In this document: positions 1 through 8,491 of the stretch, piece by piece
Numbering within the stretch: position 1 is the stretch's first letter
Layout: each line of letters begins with the position of its first letter
Source: Candidatus Thorarchaeota archaeon
GTDB taxonomy: Archaea > Asgardarchaeota > Thorarchaeia > Thorarchaeales > Thorarchaeaceae
NCBI GenBank assembly: GCA_016933575.1
Contig: JAFGAR010000151.1
Coordinates: 64,001 to 128,000, forward strand
Reading direction: 5' to 3'
Length of the DNA stretch: 64,000 bases
The notes under the pieces: generated by a model
Seen by the model: the letters and a program-made list of their open reading frames with translations, nothing else
What the model was told of the DNA's origin: nothing
The model's database searches: none
Position numbers and translations under genes: made by a program

Positions 1-265
1 TGATATCTATCTGGATGCAGAGTTGACTCTCGATGATGAGCTATGGAATGGAACACATGTTGTGTATCCAGTGGATGGTCTAGCTATAGGTTCCTATAAC
101 ATCACAGTGGTCATTGTAGATATGGCGAACAACTTCGCGTCAGATACAGTCTCAGTCACTGTTATTGATTCGATGAGTCCCCTCATCGTCGTGGTTGCAG
201 TGATTGGACTTGCAGCGGTTGTAATTGTGATTGTTTTAGTAATTATGAAACGAAAGAAGTCATAG
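1..265 (+). CDS. C-terminal part of a surface-anchored protein (Ig-like domain, C-terminal TM helix, basic tail); 5' truncated by the window
   Basis: Frame is open to the window edge; beta-rich segment GSYNITVVIVD, hydrophobic C-terminal helix, KRKKS tail. Confidence 0.75.
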   Translation, partial: DIYLDAELTLDDELWNGTHVVYPVDGLAIGSYNITVVIVDMANNFASDTVSVTVIDSMSPLIVVVAVIGLAAVVIVIVLVIMKRKKS

Positions 266-275
266 ATTCCCTATT

Positions 276-307
276 GAGAGCCAATTCTGGCTCTCTTTCC
301 ATTTTTT
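276..307 (+). terminator. Hairpin plus T-rich tract between convergent genes
   Basis: GAGAGCCA(276-283)/TGGCTCTC(288-295) followed by TTTCCATTTTTT. Confidence 0.6.
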
Positions 308-317
308 GTAAGAATCC

Positions 318-779
318 TCATCTCATCATGTAATCCTCTATTGCTTTTTCGAGCAGAGGCACTTTTTCATCATCAAATCCACCTTCTCCCTTCCAGATGA
401 TCTCACCATCCTGCTTGGTGAGAAAAAGGTAGATTGTTTCTTCTGTTACAATGTTAAGAGATTCCTTGAATGATTCTTTGTCTATGTAAAGAGTAATTGT
501 CCTTCCTCTCGTTTCTCTGGAAGGAATACCAGCTCGCATTCCACCATCTATGAACCTTCTATAAACAAAATTCATACTTCGTATTGTAGGGAGTTCATAA
601 AAATCGAAATCTGGATATTTCAATATCAGCGATTCAAGGTATGGGACCCAGCTATTCACTAATCTCTGTTGCCATTGTTGGAATGCAACTATCAAGAGCT
701 TTGGATCCCCGCGTAGCTGATTAGGCACCTCAATTGTTTCCTTGTTGAGATTCTCCGCTGTTATCCGTGGGAACTTCAT
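318..779 (-). CDS. Thioredoxin-like fold protein without CxxC (ATP10-like)
   Basis: 153 aa; begins FP-x-ITAENLN as in redoxin-like folds, ends with LTKQDGEIIW-x-GEG; SD GAGGAG upstream. Confidence 0.55.
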   Translation of the reverse strand: MKFPRITAENLNKETIEVPNQLRGDPKLLIVAFQQWQQRLVNSWVPYLESLILKYPDFDFYELPTIRSMNFVYRRFIDGGMRAGIPSRETRGRTITLYIDKESFKESLNIVTEETIYLFLTKQDGEIIWKGEGGFDDEKVPLLEKAIEDYMMR

Positions 780-920
780 TTCATCTCCTCATACAATTAT
801 TATTAACAATAGTTATCAATCTATGCATGTGTGGAAAAATTTTTAGAGTCCGTTCAAAGCGATTTTAAGAAATGAGCTAGCATTATGTAATGAAATCGAA
901 GAGAAATGTGAGGTAATTAG

Positions 921-1367
921 ATGGAGATACATCCTGATGTCCAGAAGCGCATTCGCAAGGTCCTAGATACACAGAAGATTGCTGTTCTTGGGACCTCAAA
1001 AAACGATGAACCATACTCTTGCCTTGTGGCCTTTGCAATAAGCAATGACTTCAAAGAACTGGTTTTTGCAACCATGCGCCAGCGGTTGAAGTATCAAAAT
1101 ATTCTGGCAAATCCTCGTGTCACACTCATTATAGATGACCGAGATGCAAGTTATAGCGATTTCAATGATACGACATCAATCACGATGATAGGAACTGCTC
1201 GCGATATCACAGGGGAGAATCGTGAGAAATATGCCTCATCTTTACTAGAACGGCATCCGGCTTTGATAGATTTTGTGAGTTCACCTGAATGTGCTTTGAT
1301 TTGCGTTACCGTTGACAAAATCTACATTGTGAGCGAATTCGAGTCTGTCATCAAAATTCAGAAATGA
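921..1367 (+). CDS. Pyridoxamine 5'-phosphate oxidase family (FMN-binding split barrel) protein
   Basis: AVLGT...PYSCLVAF, KYQNILANPRVTLIID; SD GAGGT. Confidence 0.8.
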   Translation: MEIHPDVQKRIRKVLDTQKIAVLGTSKNDEPYSCLVAFAISNDFKELVFATMRQRLKYQNILANPRVTLIIDDRDASYSDFNDTTSITMIGTARDITGENREKYASSLLERHPALIDFVSSPECALICVTVDKIYIVSEFESVIKIQK

Positions 1368-1394
1368 AACTGCTTTCGTAAATTGATTATTATA

Positions 1395-2114
1395 TCATAG
1401 ATCAATCCACGATTTCATATCAGTATCTTCTCCTAGTTTCTCTAGGAGCACTTCAATTGGCTCCATGTAGAAGGGACGCTTGCAGGCATAGCACTTGACA
1501 GTTCCATCAAATGATCTCTCATTGCTTTGGTATCTGAATGATGAACCACAATGTGGGCATTTTGCTCTCGTTCCAATCTTTGGTGCTGGGTGAGCTATCT
1601 CAAAGTCCTTCGGTAATTGTGGAGGAGGTTCAGCATAGAATCCTCCTATTGATTTTCCAATAAATCCAAGGAGTATCCAATAATCCAATATAATTAGAGA
1701 TGGAAATAGAATTTGCACCCACAATTCTCTGCCTGCAATCACTGACTGGATTAATGGAAACGGAAAGAATAAGATCTGTGCAAAGAATTGGATCATTAGA
1801 CCTTCAGCTAACCAAATCCTACTATTACTATTTGCCTTGATTGACCACAGACGCTTTATGGCGATTGCATTCAAAACTCCTGAAGAAACTACAACAATGG
1901 CAAACCCAATCAATATTAGAATTGCAAAATGAATAGGTAACTCCGGGAGAATAACTGGTGGCATTGGATGCATGACTATATACTGATAATTTTGAACTGC
2001 ATTCCAATAGAAATAGAATGCATAGGAAATAAGAAACAATACCGCACCGTGAATGATGCAGATTGCAAGATCTCTTTTCAGATCTAAATTTCTTTCGTCA
2101 GGAGTATCCTCCAC
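1395..2114 (-). CDS. Membrane protein (about 4 TM) with C-terminal Zn ribbon
   Basis: Hydrophobic helices followed by CPHC...CYAC. Confidence 0.7.
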   Translation of the reverse strand: MEDTPDERNLDLKRDLAICIIHGAVLFLISYAFYFYWNAVQNYQYIVMHPMPPVILPELPIHFAILILIGFAIVVVSSGVLNAIAIKRLWSIKANSNSRIWLAEGLMIQFFAQILFFPFPLIQSVIAGRELWVQILFPSLIILDYWILLGFIGKSIGGFYAEPPPQLPKDFEIAHPAPKIGTRAKCPHCGSSFRYQSNERSFDGTVKCYACKRPFYMEPIEVLLEKLGEDTDMKSWIDL

Positions 2115-2238
2115 GAGAATCCCTCTTCATCTTGTGCTAAACAACAGTCTCTTTCTACAGTATTAATGATTCTGGTCTCACTGATTCATTTCTTTGTGAG
2201 AATGAGAAGCCTTTAGTACAAGTGAAATACAATATAAT

Positions 2239-2320
2239 CGGGCGTTGGTGAGGCATCATGGTAACTAACTACCATCGGTTACCACACCCAACTGATTCCT
2301 TACTGTCGCCCGCCTCTTTT
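2239..2320 (+). ncRNA. Candidate small hairpin ncRNA
   Basis: Near-continuous stem CGGGCG/CGCCCG, GUGAGG/CCUUAC, AUCA/UGAU, UGGUAAC/GUUACCA with an 8-nt bulge; TATA-like TTTAGTA at 2212-2218; U-tract after the stem. Confidence 0.55.
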
Positions 2321-2384
2321 GAAGTCATATCTTTTTACGGGATATCTATTCAAATGGCGCTAAGAGCTCAAAAGGTGAAGAAGA

Positions 2385-2945
2385 ATGTCCAACTCACTCT
2401 ATTTTCTAAGACACGCTGAAACAAATATTGACACATCAATTCCGCCGCATGAGTGGTCTATCTCATCTGACGGTCTGACACGGACCAAAGAGTTGGCTAA
2501 GTTGAACGTCTTTCAAAAGATTGATGGCATTGTGTATTCATCTGAGAAAAAGGCCTATCAGACTGCAGAGGTCTTTGCCAAGGAATTACCTGTTGATATC
2601 TATGAACTCTCTGAGTTTTCGGAGTTGAGAAGAAAACACGAATCCAATCTATCTGAAACAGATTATAGAAGACGTGTTCGAGAAGTGTTGACTCATTGGG
2701 ACTCGAGTATTCATGGATGGGAATCAGTTACTGAAGCACTAGGTCGAATAACTGATGCAGTGACCAGGATCAATAGAATGTTTTACAATAAGAATGTGTT
2801 AGTTGTTTCCCATGGTCTGCTCCTCACAATTTACTTCTGTCATCTAAAGAATTTCCAATCAATAGCCTATGAAAGATGGTCACAGTTGTCATTTTTAGCA
2901 TGGGGTTTGGTACAGGATGGACATGTACTCATAGATATCATATAG
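2385..2945 (+). CDS. Histidine phosphatase (phosphoglycerate mutase-like) family protein
   Basis: LRHAET motif, SSEKKAYQTA, VVSHG. Confidence 0.85.
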   Translation: MSNSLYFLRHAETNIDTSIPPHEWSISSDGLTRTKELAKLNVFQKIDGIVYSSEKKAYQTAEVFAKELPVDIYELSEFSELRRKHESNLSETDYRRRVREVLTHWDSSIHGWESVTEALGRITDAVTRINRMFYNKNVLVVSHGLLLTIYFCHLKNFQSIAYERWSQLSFLAWGLVQDGHVLIDII

Positions 2946-3005
2946 AGAAGTATGCGCTCCGAAACTTTTTCTATGAAGAATATCACTTCAAATACGTGAA
3001 CTATT

Positions 3006-3521
3006 ATGGCTACGAAGATTACCAAGGAACTGATAACTTCTTTTCCAAAGTTCAAGGCTGCGTGGGAGAAGGATGCTGGAAAACCAGAGAACACAATCAT
3101 GTACTATCTCATTGCAGCTCTCAATGTTGAGAAGGATCCAAAGATTGCTGAAGCGATGATGACTGTTGTTGTTTCTAAAAAGGATTGTCTGGAAGACACA
3201 AGCTCTCCATCTGGTCTGATTTTGGGAAGGAGCGCAAGCTACTACATTGGGCAATTTCAAGGGAACAAGAATATCGCTCGCTCCTACGTGGGCGGCACAA
3301 ATACGAACAACTACAAGATCAATAACAAAGCCCTCACAATGACCGTTGTTAGTAAACAAGAGCATGGCAAAGGCGTCAAGATATTCATCCAGAGTGGCGG
3401 AAAGGATCTTGGTACTCCAGTACAGCTCGCTCAAAACAATGAGGGGCAGTGGAAACTTACCAATTACAGTTCAATATGCACTGGTGTCAAGAAGACCATT
3501 CAAGAAGAGGGCGATTTTTAA
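3006..3521 (+). CDS. Conserved hypothetical protein (DUF6935-like)
   Basis: 171 aa; ARSYVGGT...NYK and SGGKD...PVQL...GQWKL...SS motifs; family name is from recollection only. Confidence 0.5.
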   Translation: MATKITKELITSFPKFKAAWEKDAGKPENTIMYYLIAALNVEKDPKIAEAMMTVVVSKKDCLEDTSSPSGLILGRSASYYIGQFQGNKNIARSYVGGTNTNNYKINNKALTMTVVSKQEHGKGVKIFIQSGGKDLGTPVQLAQNNEGQWKLTNYSSICTGVKKTIQEEGDF

Positions 3522-3698
3522 GTTACTAGGGACCGAGTCAGGTCCTTTCGATTCTCCTCTTCTTCTTATTTTTCAGGTACAGCTATTAGAAAGTCTGTTT
3601 AGACTGATATCTACGTCCCGTGAGAGTTTCTTGTTATCATTTCCTTTATGCATTAAATAGTCTGGAATCTAGTTCTTCTCTCAAACAATTATGATAAT

Positions 3699-3752
3699 CA
3701 TGTAACAGAAAAACATATAAGTTGTAATAGTGTTACAAATTACATGCAATAC
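3699..3752 (+). promoter_or_regulatory. TATA-like box flanked by TGTAA/TTACA inverted repeats; contains a motif shared with 5903-5925
   Basis: AAAAACATATAAG at 3709-3721; TTGTAA-N5-TTACAA at 3722-3738; GTGTTACAAATTACATGCAATA from 3730. Confidence 0.5.
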
Positions 3753-3796
3753 TTACAGGTCCGGGTTGCGGGAATGTGGGTTTGCAGAGGAGAGAT

Positions 3797-4053
3797 GAGC
3801 AAGATGACTGATGATGCAAAGCATCGCAATGCCTCTAACAAAAGGGGACGAAATTCGGGACTCAAGACTCTCGAGTCCCTGTACTACGAATACACTCACA
3901 GGGGTGAGTGAAGAGGAAGAGGTGAAAGCAAATGGCACTAACAAAGAATGAACGGAAAAAGTACCGTACAAAGAAGGCTCAGTCCACTGAAGCCTTGGCG
4001 TACGCTTGGCTCTACAGAGAGTTATAGAGGCGCACCATCAGTCATCTATGCTC
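3797..4053 (+). ncRNA. Candidate ~260-nt multibranched ncRNA of unknown family
   Basis: Closing helix AGATGACTGATG(3802-3813)/CATCAGTCATCT(4036-4047) plus GAGCA/TGCTC; GCCTCTA/TAGAGGC; three internal hairpins; no credible ORF. Confidence 0.7.
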
Positions 4054-4132
4054 GAAATAGTATCTACTCCATGAATATCAGTATTTTAGTTGCTTTAATT
4101 CCAAGGTAGTTTATATCACCCGGACTATACTC

Positions 4133-4465
4133 ATGACTATGGGGGCGTTAGTTAACTCTCAGATCATGAAATATATGATCTATGATACTCGGGGTCTTGA
4201 TGAACCAGATGCTGTATACACTACTGCTGTACAGATTGCTGATGAGATTATGGAAGGCGTTGAAAGACTTCATCATTCAAGCACACTTGAAGCTGCTACT
4301 CTCTTTATCACGAATTCCGGAGCACAGTTAGTCCTATTGACCCGATCGGATGACAATGAACCTATAGATCGAATGTTTGATAGCACCCTCAAACGAGTGA
4401 CATACGAGTCTGAGAGTGGGAATCTGCACACTTACGTTATACCGATACTAGAAGCTGAAAAATAG
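4133..4465 (+). CDS. Hypothetical protein
   Basis: 110-aa ORF; TATA-like TTTATAT at about 4110. Confidence 0.6.
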   Translation: MTMGALVNSQIMKYMIYDTRGLDEPDAVYTTAVQIADEIMEGVERLHHSSTLEAATLFITNSGAQLVLLTRSDDNEPIDRMFDSTLKRVTYESESGNLHTYVIPILEAEK

Positions 4466-4575
4466 TGATCTGTTTTGACCAATGTCTGTTGGCAGCTCAA
4501 TGAAATCTGTCTAGATAGTATATTTCTTATTGTGGAACTACTATCGAGTCCTATCGGAATCGCCGGGGTGATTTA

Positions 4576-5706
4576 TTGAAACTAAAGGTCTTCGAGCTTG
4601 AACGTCTACAATCTGAATGGGAACATAGAGTACAATATAATCTCAGTGAGAGTGGTGTGGAACCCCTTCATATCAGAGAATTGACGGACACACCGGAATT
4701 GAAGCAACAACTGCTTGATATTCAATTAGGCTACCCACAAACGAATGGTTCGATTCCTCTTCGTGAAGCTATCGCTCAGTACTACCCCGGATCTGGTGCA
4801 GACCATATACTTGTCACGAATGGCGGTGCAGAGGCAAACTTTCTATCAATGTGGTGGCTACGTCACGAGAAACCTGAACTCAACGAACTGGTGTTCATGG
4901 CACCCAACTATATGCAGATGAGTGGTGTTTGGAAAACTCTGGGAGGCACTGTGAATCTCTACAAGCTCCAAATGGCTCACGACAAATGGTCTCCTGATTT
5001 GGATCAATTGAGGTCTCTAGTGACCAAGAAGACAGCAGCAATTACAATCTGCAATCCAAATAATCCCACAGGTGCAATCTTCGACAAAGAGACGCTTGGT
5101 GAAATTGTAGATATTGCTAGAGAGCATGACACTTGGATTATTTCCGATGAGATCTACAAAGGCGCAGAGATTCAGGACGTAAGGACGCCTTCACTTCATG
5201 GTATGTATGATAAAGTGATCATAACCTCAAGTCTCTCCAAAGCCTATGGTCTTCCCGGTCTTCGCCTTGGTTGGGCAGTGTGTCCCGATGAACAGACTGC
5301 TAAAGAACTCTGGTCATATTCCGACTACACAACGATTTGCCCAGCAAAGACTTGCGATTGGTTAGCGACACTCGCCTTGAATCCTAAGGTCCAAGCAATG
5401 ATTCGAAAACGAACAAGAGACCTCCTCAAAGAGAATTGGGGCATCATGAAGAACTGGCTAGACTCGCATGGTGATCTATTCGAATATGTACCTCCATCTG
5501 CAGCAGCAATCTGTTTCATCCGGCAAAAGACAGGATTGTCGTCTTTAGACCTCGTATTCAGACTGATGAAAGAGAAGAGCGTACTCATATCTCCGGGTGA
5601 GCATTTTGAGATGCCTGGATATCTTCGTATAGGCTTCGGATCTGAGAAGAAACGTCTTCAGGAAGCACTTGGAATGATTACCGAGTTCCTCAATGAATTA
5701 AGCTAA
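4576..5706 (+). CDS. PLP-dependent aminotransferase, class I/II
   Basis: NPNNPTG, ISDEIY, SLSKAYGLPGLRLGW (PLP lysine); SD GGGGTGA before TTG start. Confidence 0.92.
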   Translation: MKLKVFELERLQSEWEHRVQYNLSESGVEPLHIRELTDTPELKQQLLDIQLGYPQTNGSIPLREAIAQYYPGSGADHILVTNGGAEANFLSMWWLRHEKPELNELVFMAPNYMQMSGVWKTLGGTVNLYKLQMAHDKWSPDLDQLRSLVTKKTAAITICNPNNPTGAIFDKETLGEIVDIAREHDTWIISDEIYKGAEIQDVRTPSLHGMYDKVIITSSLSKAYGLPGLRLGWAVCPDEQTAKELWSYSDYTTICPAKTCDWLATLALNPKVQAMIRKRTRDLLKENWGIMKNWLDSHGDLFEYVPPSAAAICFIRQKTGLSSLDLVFRLMKEKSVLISPGEHFEMPGYLRIGFGSEKKRLQEALGMITEFLNELS

Positions 5707-5865
5707 TCTTGAGCCTTTAAATTGTGTATCTTTCTGCAGAAATGACACTAGAACTAAACAATTTAAGACTAATAATGCCTTAATTTCTCAAATGAACTCT
5801 ATTTTCCCATATTTGGCGTCATAAAACATTGATAAAACTTTCAATAGATAATAACACAACCATGT

Positions 5866-5925
5866 CAAATTTCTATTGCTTGCAAATTGTAGAAATTTGT
5901 CTGTGTTACTACATTACATGCAGTA
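5866..5925 (+). promoter_or_regulatory. 10-bp inverted repeat plus second copy of the GTGTTAC..ATTACATGCA motif
   Basis: CAAATTTCTA(5866-5875)/TAGAAATTTG(5890-5899); GTGTTACTACATTACATGCAGTA(5903-5925). Confidence 0.45.
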
Positions 5926-5930
5926 GACTC

Positions 5931-6081
5931 TGATTTGAGTAGCTGCAGGATGCAAGACGAATGAACATGAATGAAAGAGACATGAATGAAAGTTTGCCTG
6001 CTAGAATCAAACGACCACAAAACAATCCCATAGAGGTACTATCGCAGATCGAGTTTGCGCGAATATACTATGATGGTCCGT
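5931..6081 (+). ncRNA. Candidate structured leader or ncRNA with a repeated GAAUGAA loop
   Basis: Two imperfect stem-loops; 13-bp direct repeat ACATGAATGAAAG at 5965-5977 and 5980-5992. Confidence 0.4.
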
Positions 6082-6110
6082 GAAATAAGTGAAATTCGAG
6101 AGGTGATATT

Positions 6111-6644
6111 TTGACTGAGTCCTATTCAGAGGAACGAGACATACTCGGTCACTTTCATGTAATGATGCAGATGGTTTCATCAACTCTCATGAATAAAAAT
6201 GGGAACACAGTTTCTGCTACAGCAAGGGATCCAGAGTATGCCTGTCTGCGGTCAATGATGCTCGAACCACAGAATCCCACAATGTGGAATGCCCTTGCTC
6301 TGGTGTATATAATGACCAATAATTATCAAGAAGCCTCTGATGCAATTGAGAGGTCTCTTGATCTGGACACCAGTGTGGCATGGACCTGGACCATCTGGGG
6401 CGACCTACTTGGTCTTCTTGGTGAGGATATAGAATCTGAGCGTGCCTATCGCATGGCTGTGGAACTGGGGTCGAGAGAGCCGCATGTACTCAATAGACTT
6501 GCTCGATTATGCTCATCCAGGAGATGCTATTCAGAGGCACTGTCATTACTTGAGGACTTGATACCTCTCAAGCCTGAGGACCAATCCCTTTGGGACTTGT
6601 ATTCTGAATGCCTATCACACAGAACACTTCTCACTCATGATTAG
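6111..6644 (+). CDS. Tetratricopeptide repeat protein
   Basis: TPR pattern (EPQNPTMWNALA, A..AYRMAVEL, KPEDQSLW); SD GAGGTGA before TTG. Confidence 0.8.
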   Translation: MTESYSEERDILGHFHVMMQMVSSTLMNKNGNTVSATARDPEYACLRSMMLEPQNPTMWNALALVYIMTNNYQEASDAIERSLDLDTSVAWTWTIWGDLLGLLGEDIESERAYRMAVELGSREPHVLNRLARLCSSRRCYSEALSLLEDLIPLKPEDQSLWDLYSECLSHRTLLTHD

Positions 6645-6692
6645 GATACTGTTAATACAGGGAAGCTCATTGTGTTGTTTGGTGTTTCACAG

Positions 6693-7058
6693 ATGGTGAG
6701 TTATCGAAGAGTGGCGATTGCCACGTTGACAGGTGCGTTGCTTGGTGTCCTATGCATCATCGGAGTTGGCGCACGCATTCCTGGTGGTTATTCTGCAAAT
6801 ATGATATATCTGATAGCAGTCTGGTACAATCGTGTGATAATGGGACTGATGATTGGACTTGCAGGTGATGTATCAATCATCAAGAGTACCAGTGAGAAGA
6901 ATTATCCAAACTCGATTGCAAGAGGCTTGCTCTTTGGACTGATAATAACTTCAGCAACGTTTTTGCTCTCTGATACTATTTTCGATTTAATGGGCTGGTT
7001 TGCAGGACTTTTGTACGGTCCTATCATTGATGCAGTGGCAACACTCACGGAGAAATAG
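6693..7058 (+). CDS. Small membrane protein (about 4 TM)
   Basis: Gly-rich hydrophobic helices; probable start is ATG 6693. Confidence 0.7.
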   Translation: MVSYRRVAIATLTGALLGVLCIIGVGARIPGGYSANMIYLIAVWYNRVIMGLMIGLAGDVSIIKSTSEKNYPNSIARGLLFGLIITSATFLLSDTIFDLMGWFAGLLYGPIIDAVATLTEK

Positions 7059-7503
7059 AAGTCTCTGGAAGAATGTTCTCATCAAAGGGAATTATTTGGA
7101 GCTGCGTTAATAGATTAGTAGCTATTTCCATGAATCTTGATTCATTGTATGATACTACATCATTCTCTAGGGCTTCATCTAGAACGTGCTCAATGTAATC
7201 GAAATCTTCTGGTGTGATTGTCCCATCAAGGACATTAGAACGTTTTAGAATATTGAACAGTACAGAGTCATTCGAAAGATCTTCGCCATACTGTATCCTA
7301 AGCTTATCATCACTTGAATCAGAGATTACATACCTCAACATGGCAGACGCTATTGCATCGTACATAGCAGCGATTGCATCTCTTCGTTGCCCTCTTGATA
7401 ACCTCTGCTTGCTTGCTCTGACATGAAGTCTTGCTCGCATTAACAGCTCTTCTTCGCCTTCAAGAGACTCGTCTATTACTCCAGTATGTGGTACTACTAT
7501 CAC
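7045..7503 (-). CDS. Hypothetical protein, possibly HEPN-like helical fold
   Basis: N-terminal LMRARLHVRASKQRLSRG..RDAIAAMYDAI resembles HEPN helices 1-2; no Rx4-6H catalytic motif. Confidence 0.5.
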   Translation of the reverse strand: MIVVPHTGVIDESLEGEEELLMRARLHVRASKQRLSRGQRRDAIAAMYDAIASAMLRYVISDSSDDKLRIQYGEDLSNDSVLFNILKRSNVLDGTITPEDFDYIEHVLDEALENDVVSYNESRFMEIATNLLTQLQIIPFDENILPETSISP

Positions 7504-7735
7504 CGTATATAATTAACAATAGTTATCTAATAGCATTTTCTAAAGGGCAAAAAACAAACCGAAAAACCCGAAGTATCACACATTATCAATTTGGATCTTT
7601 TAAGGTCCTATTGAATATCAGATGAAATCAGTCTCAGTAGGCTATTGCGTACTTGTTTCTGTTTTCATTTATTCAAAGACTTGGAATCGAACCACACTAG
7701 TTCCTCTACTACTTGGTGTTCATGAGGACTAGAAG

Positions 7736-8491
7736 ATGAAGTATCATCTTGGTTTTCAGACTGCTGACAAATATACGCGAGAAACATGTGGGACTGGTGT
7801 TATCGCATTAGACACTCTACTTCAAGGTGGTTATGAACAGGGTCTCGTGCATTTATTCTATGGAGCGCCGTCATTCCAAGAAGATCTTCTTAGAGCTGCA
7901 GTATGGGCACAGGTTTCGAAGTCAAGAGGTGGGCTAGAGAGTCCCGTCATCATGATTGATAGCTCCAACATGATAGATACCACTCGTCTCACTGAATACG
8001 CCTTTGAATACGAATTGGAGATTGAGAGTGTTATGGATCATATTTTCATATCACGCGCATTCAACTCCTCCCAGACATATGATCTACTCACCAATCACCT
8101 TGAGGAGTTCCTCGAACGTATTCCAGCAAGGATGCTCCTTGTTCCAGGCCTGCCTGACCTCTTTGTTAACGAGGGATTAGATTCGACAAAGACCCAACAG
8201 TTGACTCACTTAGCATCACTTCTCATGGCAATAACTATGCGTTATAATCTAGTCACATTAGTATCTACAAAGGCAATTAATACGAGAGAGCAATTTCCAG
8301 CTGTCGGAAGAAGTCTAGCTAGTAATGCCCAAATTCACATTCTTATTGAACAGACACCAATGCGTGTCCTATACACACTTACTAAACATCCATCTTTACC
8401 AATAATCACAAATTATCGAACCAAGCATGAAGCTCGTTTCGGAGTGACTCTTCCACTGGATTATTTCTTCGATGAGGATCTATCTACTTGA
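7736..8491 (+). CDS. RadA/Rad51-family paralog with degenerate Walker A (probably ATPase-inactive)
   Basis: TG..ALDTLLQGG, RGGLESPVIMIDS, IFISRAFNS match RadA; P-loop reads YGAPSFQED; no N-terminal HhH domain. Confidence 0.8.
   Translation: MKYHLGFQTADKYTRETCGTGVIALDTLLQGGYEQGLVHLFYGAPSFQEDLLRAAVWAQVSKSRGGLESPVIMIDSSNMIDTTRLTEYAFEYELEIESVMDHIFISRAFNSSQTYDLLTNHLEEFLERIPARMLLVPGLPDLFVNEGLDSTKTQQLTHLASLLMAITMRYNLVTLVSTKAINTREQFPAVGRSLASNAQIHILIEQTPMRVLYTLTKHPSLPIITNYRTKHEARFGVTLPLDYFFDEDLST

Noticed and set aside
2241-2305. Fluoride riboswitch-like words (UGAGG...CUGAU..CCU.UACUG) or a tRNA
   Set aside because: The GGCGAUG...CGCC P1/pseudoknot is absent, no fluoride-related gene follows, and there is no cloverleaf or T-arm
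3808-3853. CTGATGA...CGAAA resembling a hammerhead ribozyme core
   Set aside because: No stem II joins CUGAUGA to GAAA in register, and CUGAUG is sequestered in the 12-bp closing helix
3755-4053. RNase P RNA or SRP (7S) RNA identity for the large structured element
   Set aside because: Lacks the RNase P GAGGAAAGUCC and CR-V cores and the SRP helix-8 CAGG..GGAA..AGCA motif
5959-5992. Short direct repeats as a CRISPR array
   Set aside because: Only 13 bp x2 with a 2-nt gap; no spacers and no cas genes
7045-7503. HEPN toxin of a toxin-antitoxin pair
   Set aside because: No Rx4-6H motif and no adjacent minimal nucleotidyltransferase gene
7688-7704. CGAAC-N7-GTTCC upstream of the RadA paralog as an SOS/LexA box
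   Set aside because: Spacing does not fit GAAC-N4-GTTC, and no copy was seen before uvrB or uvrC
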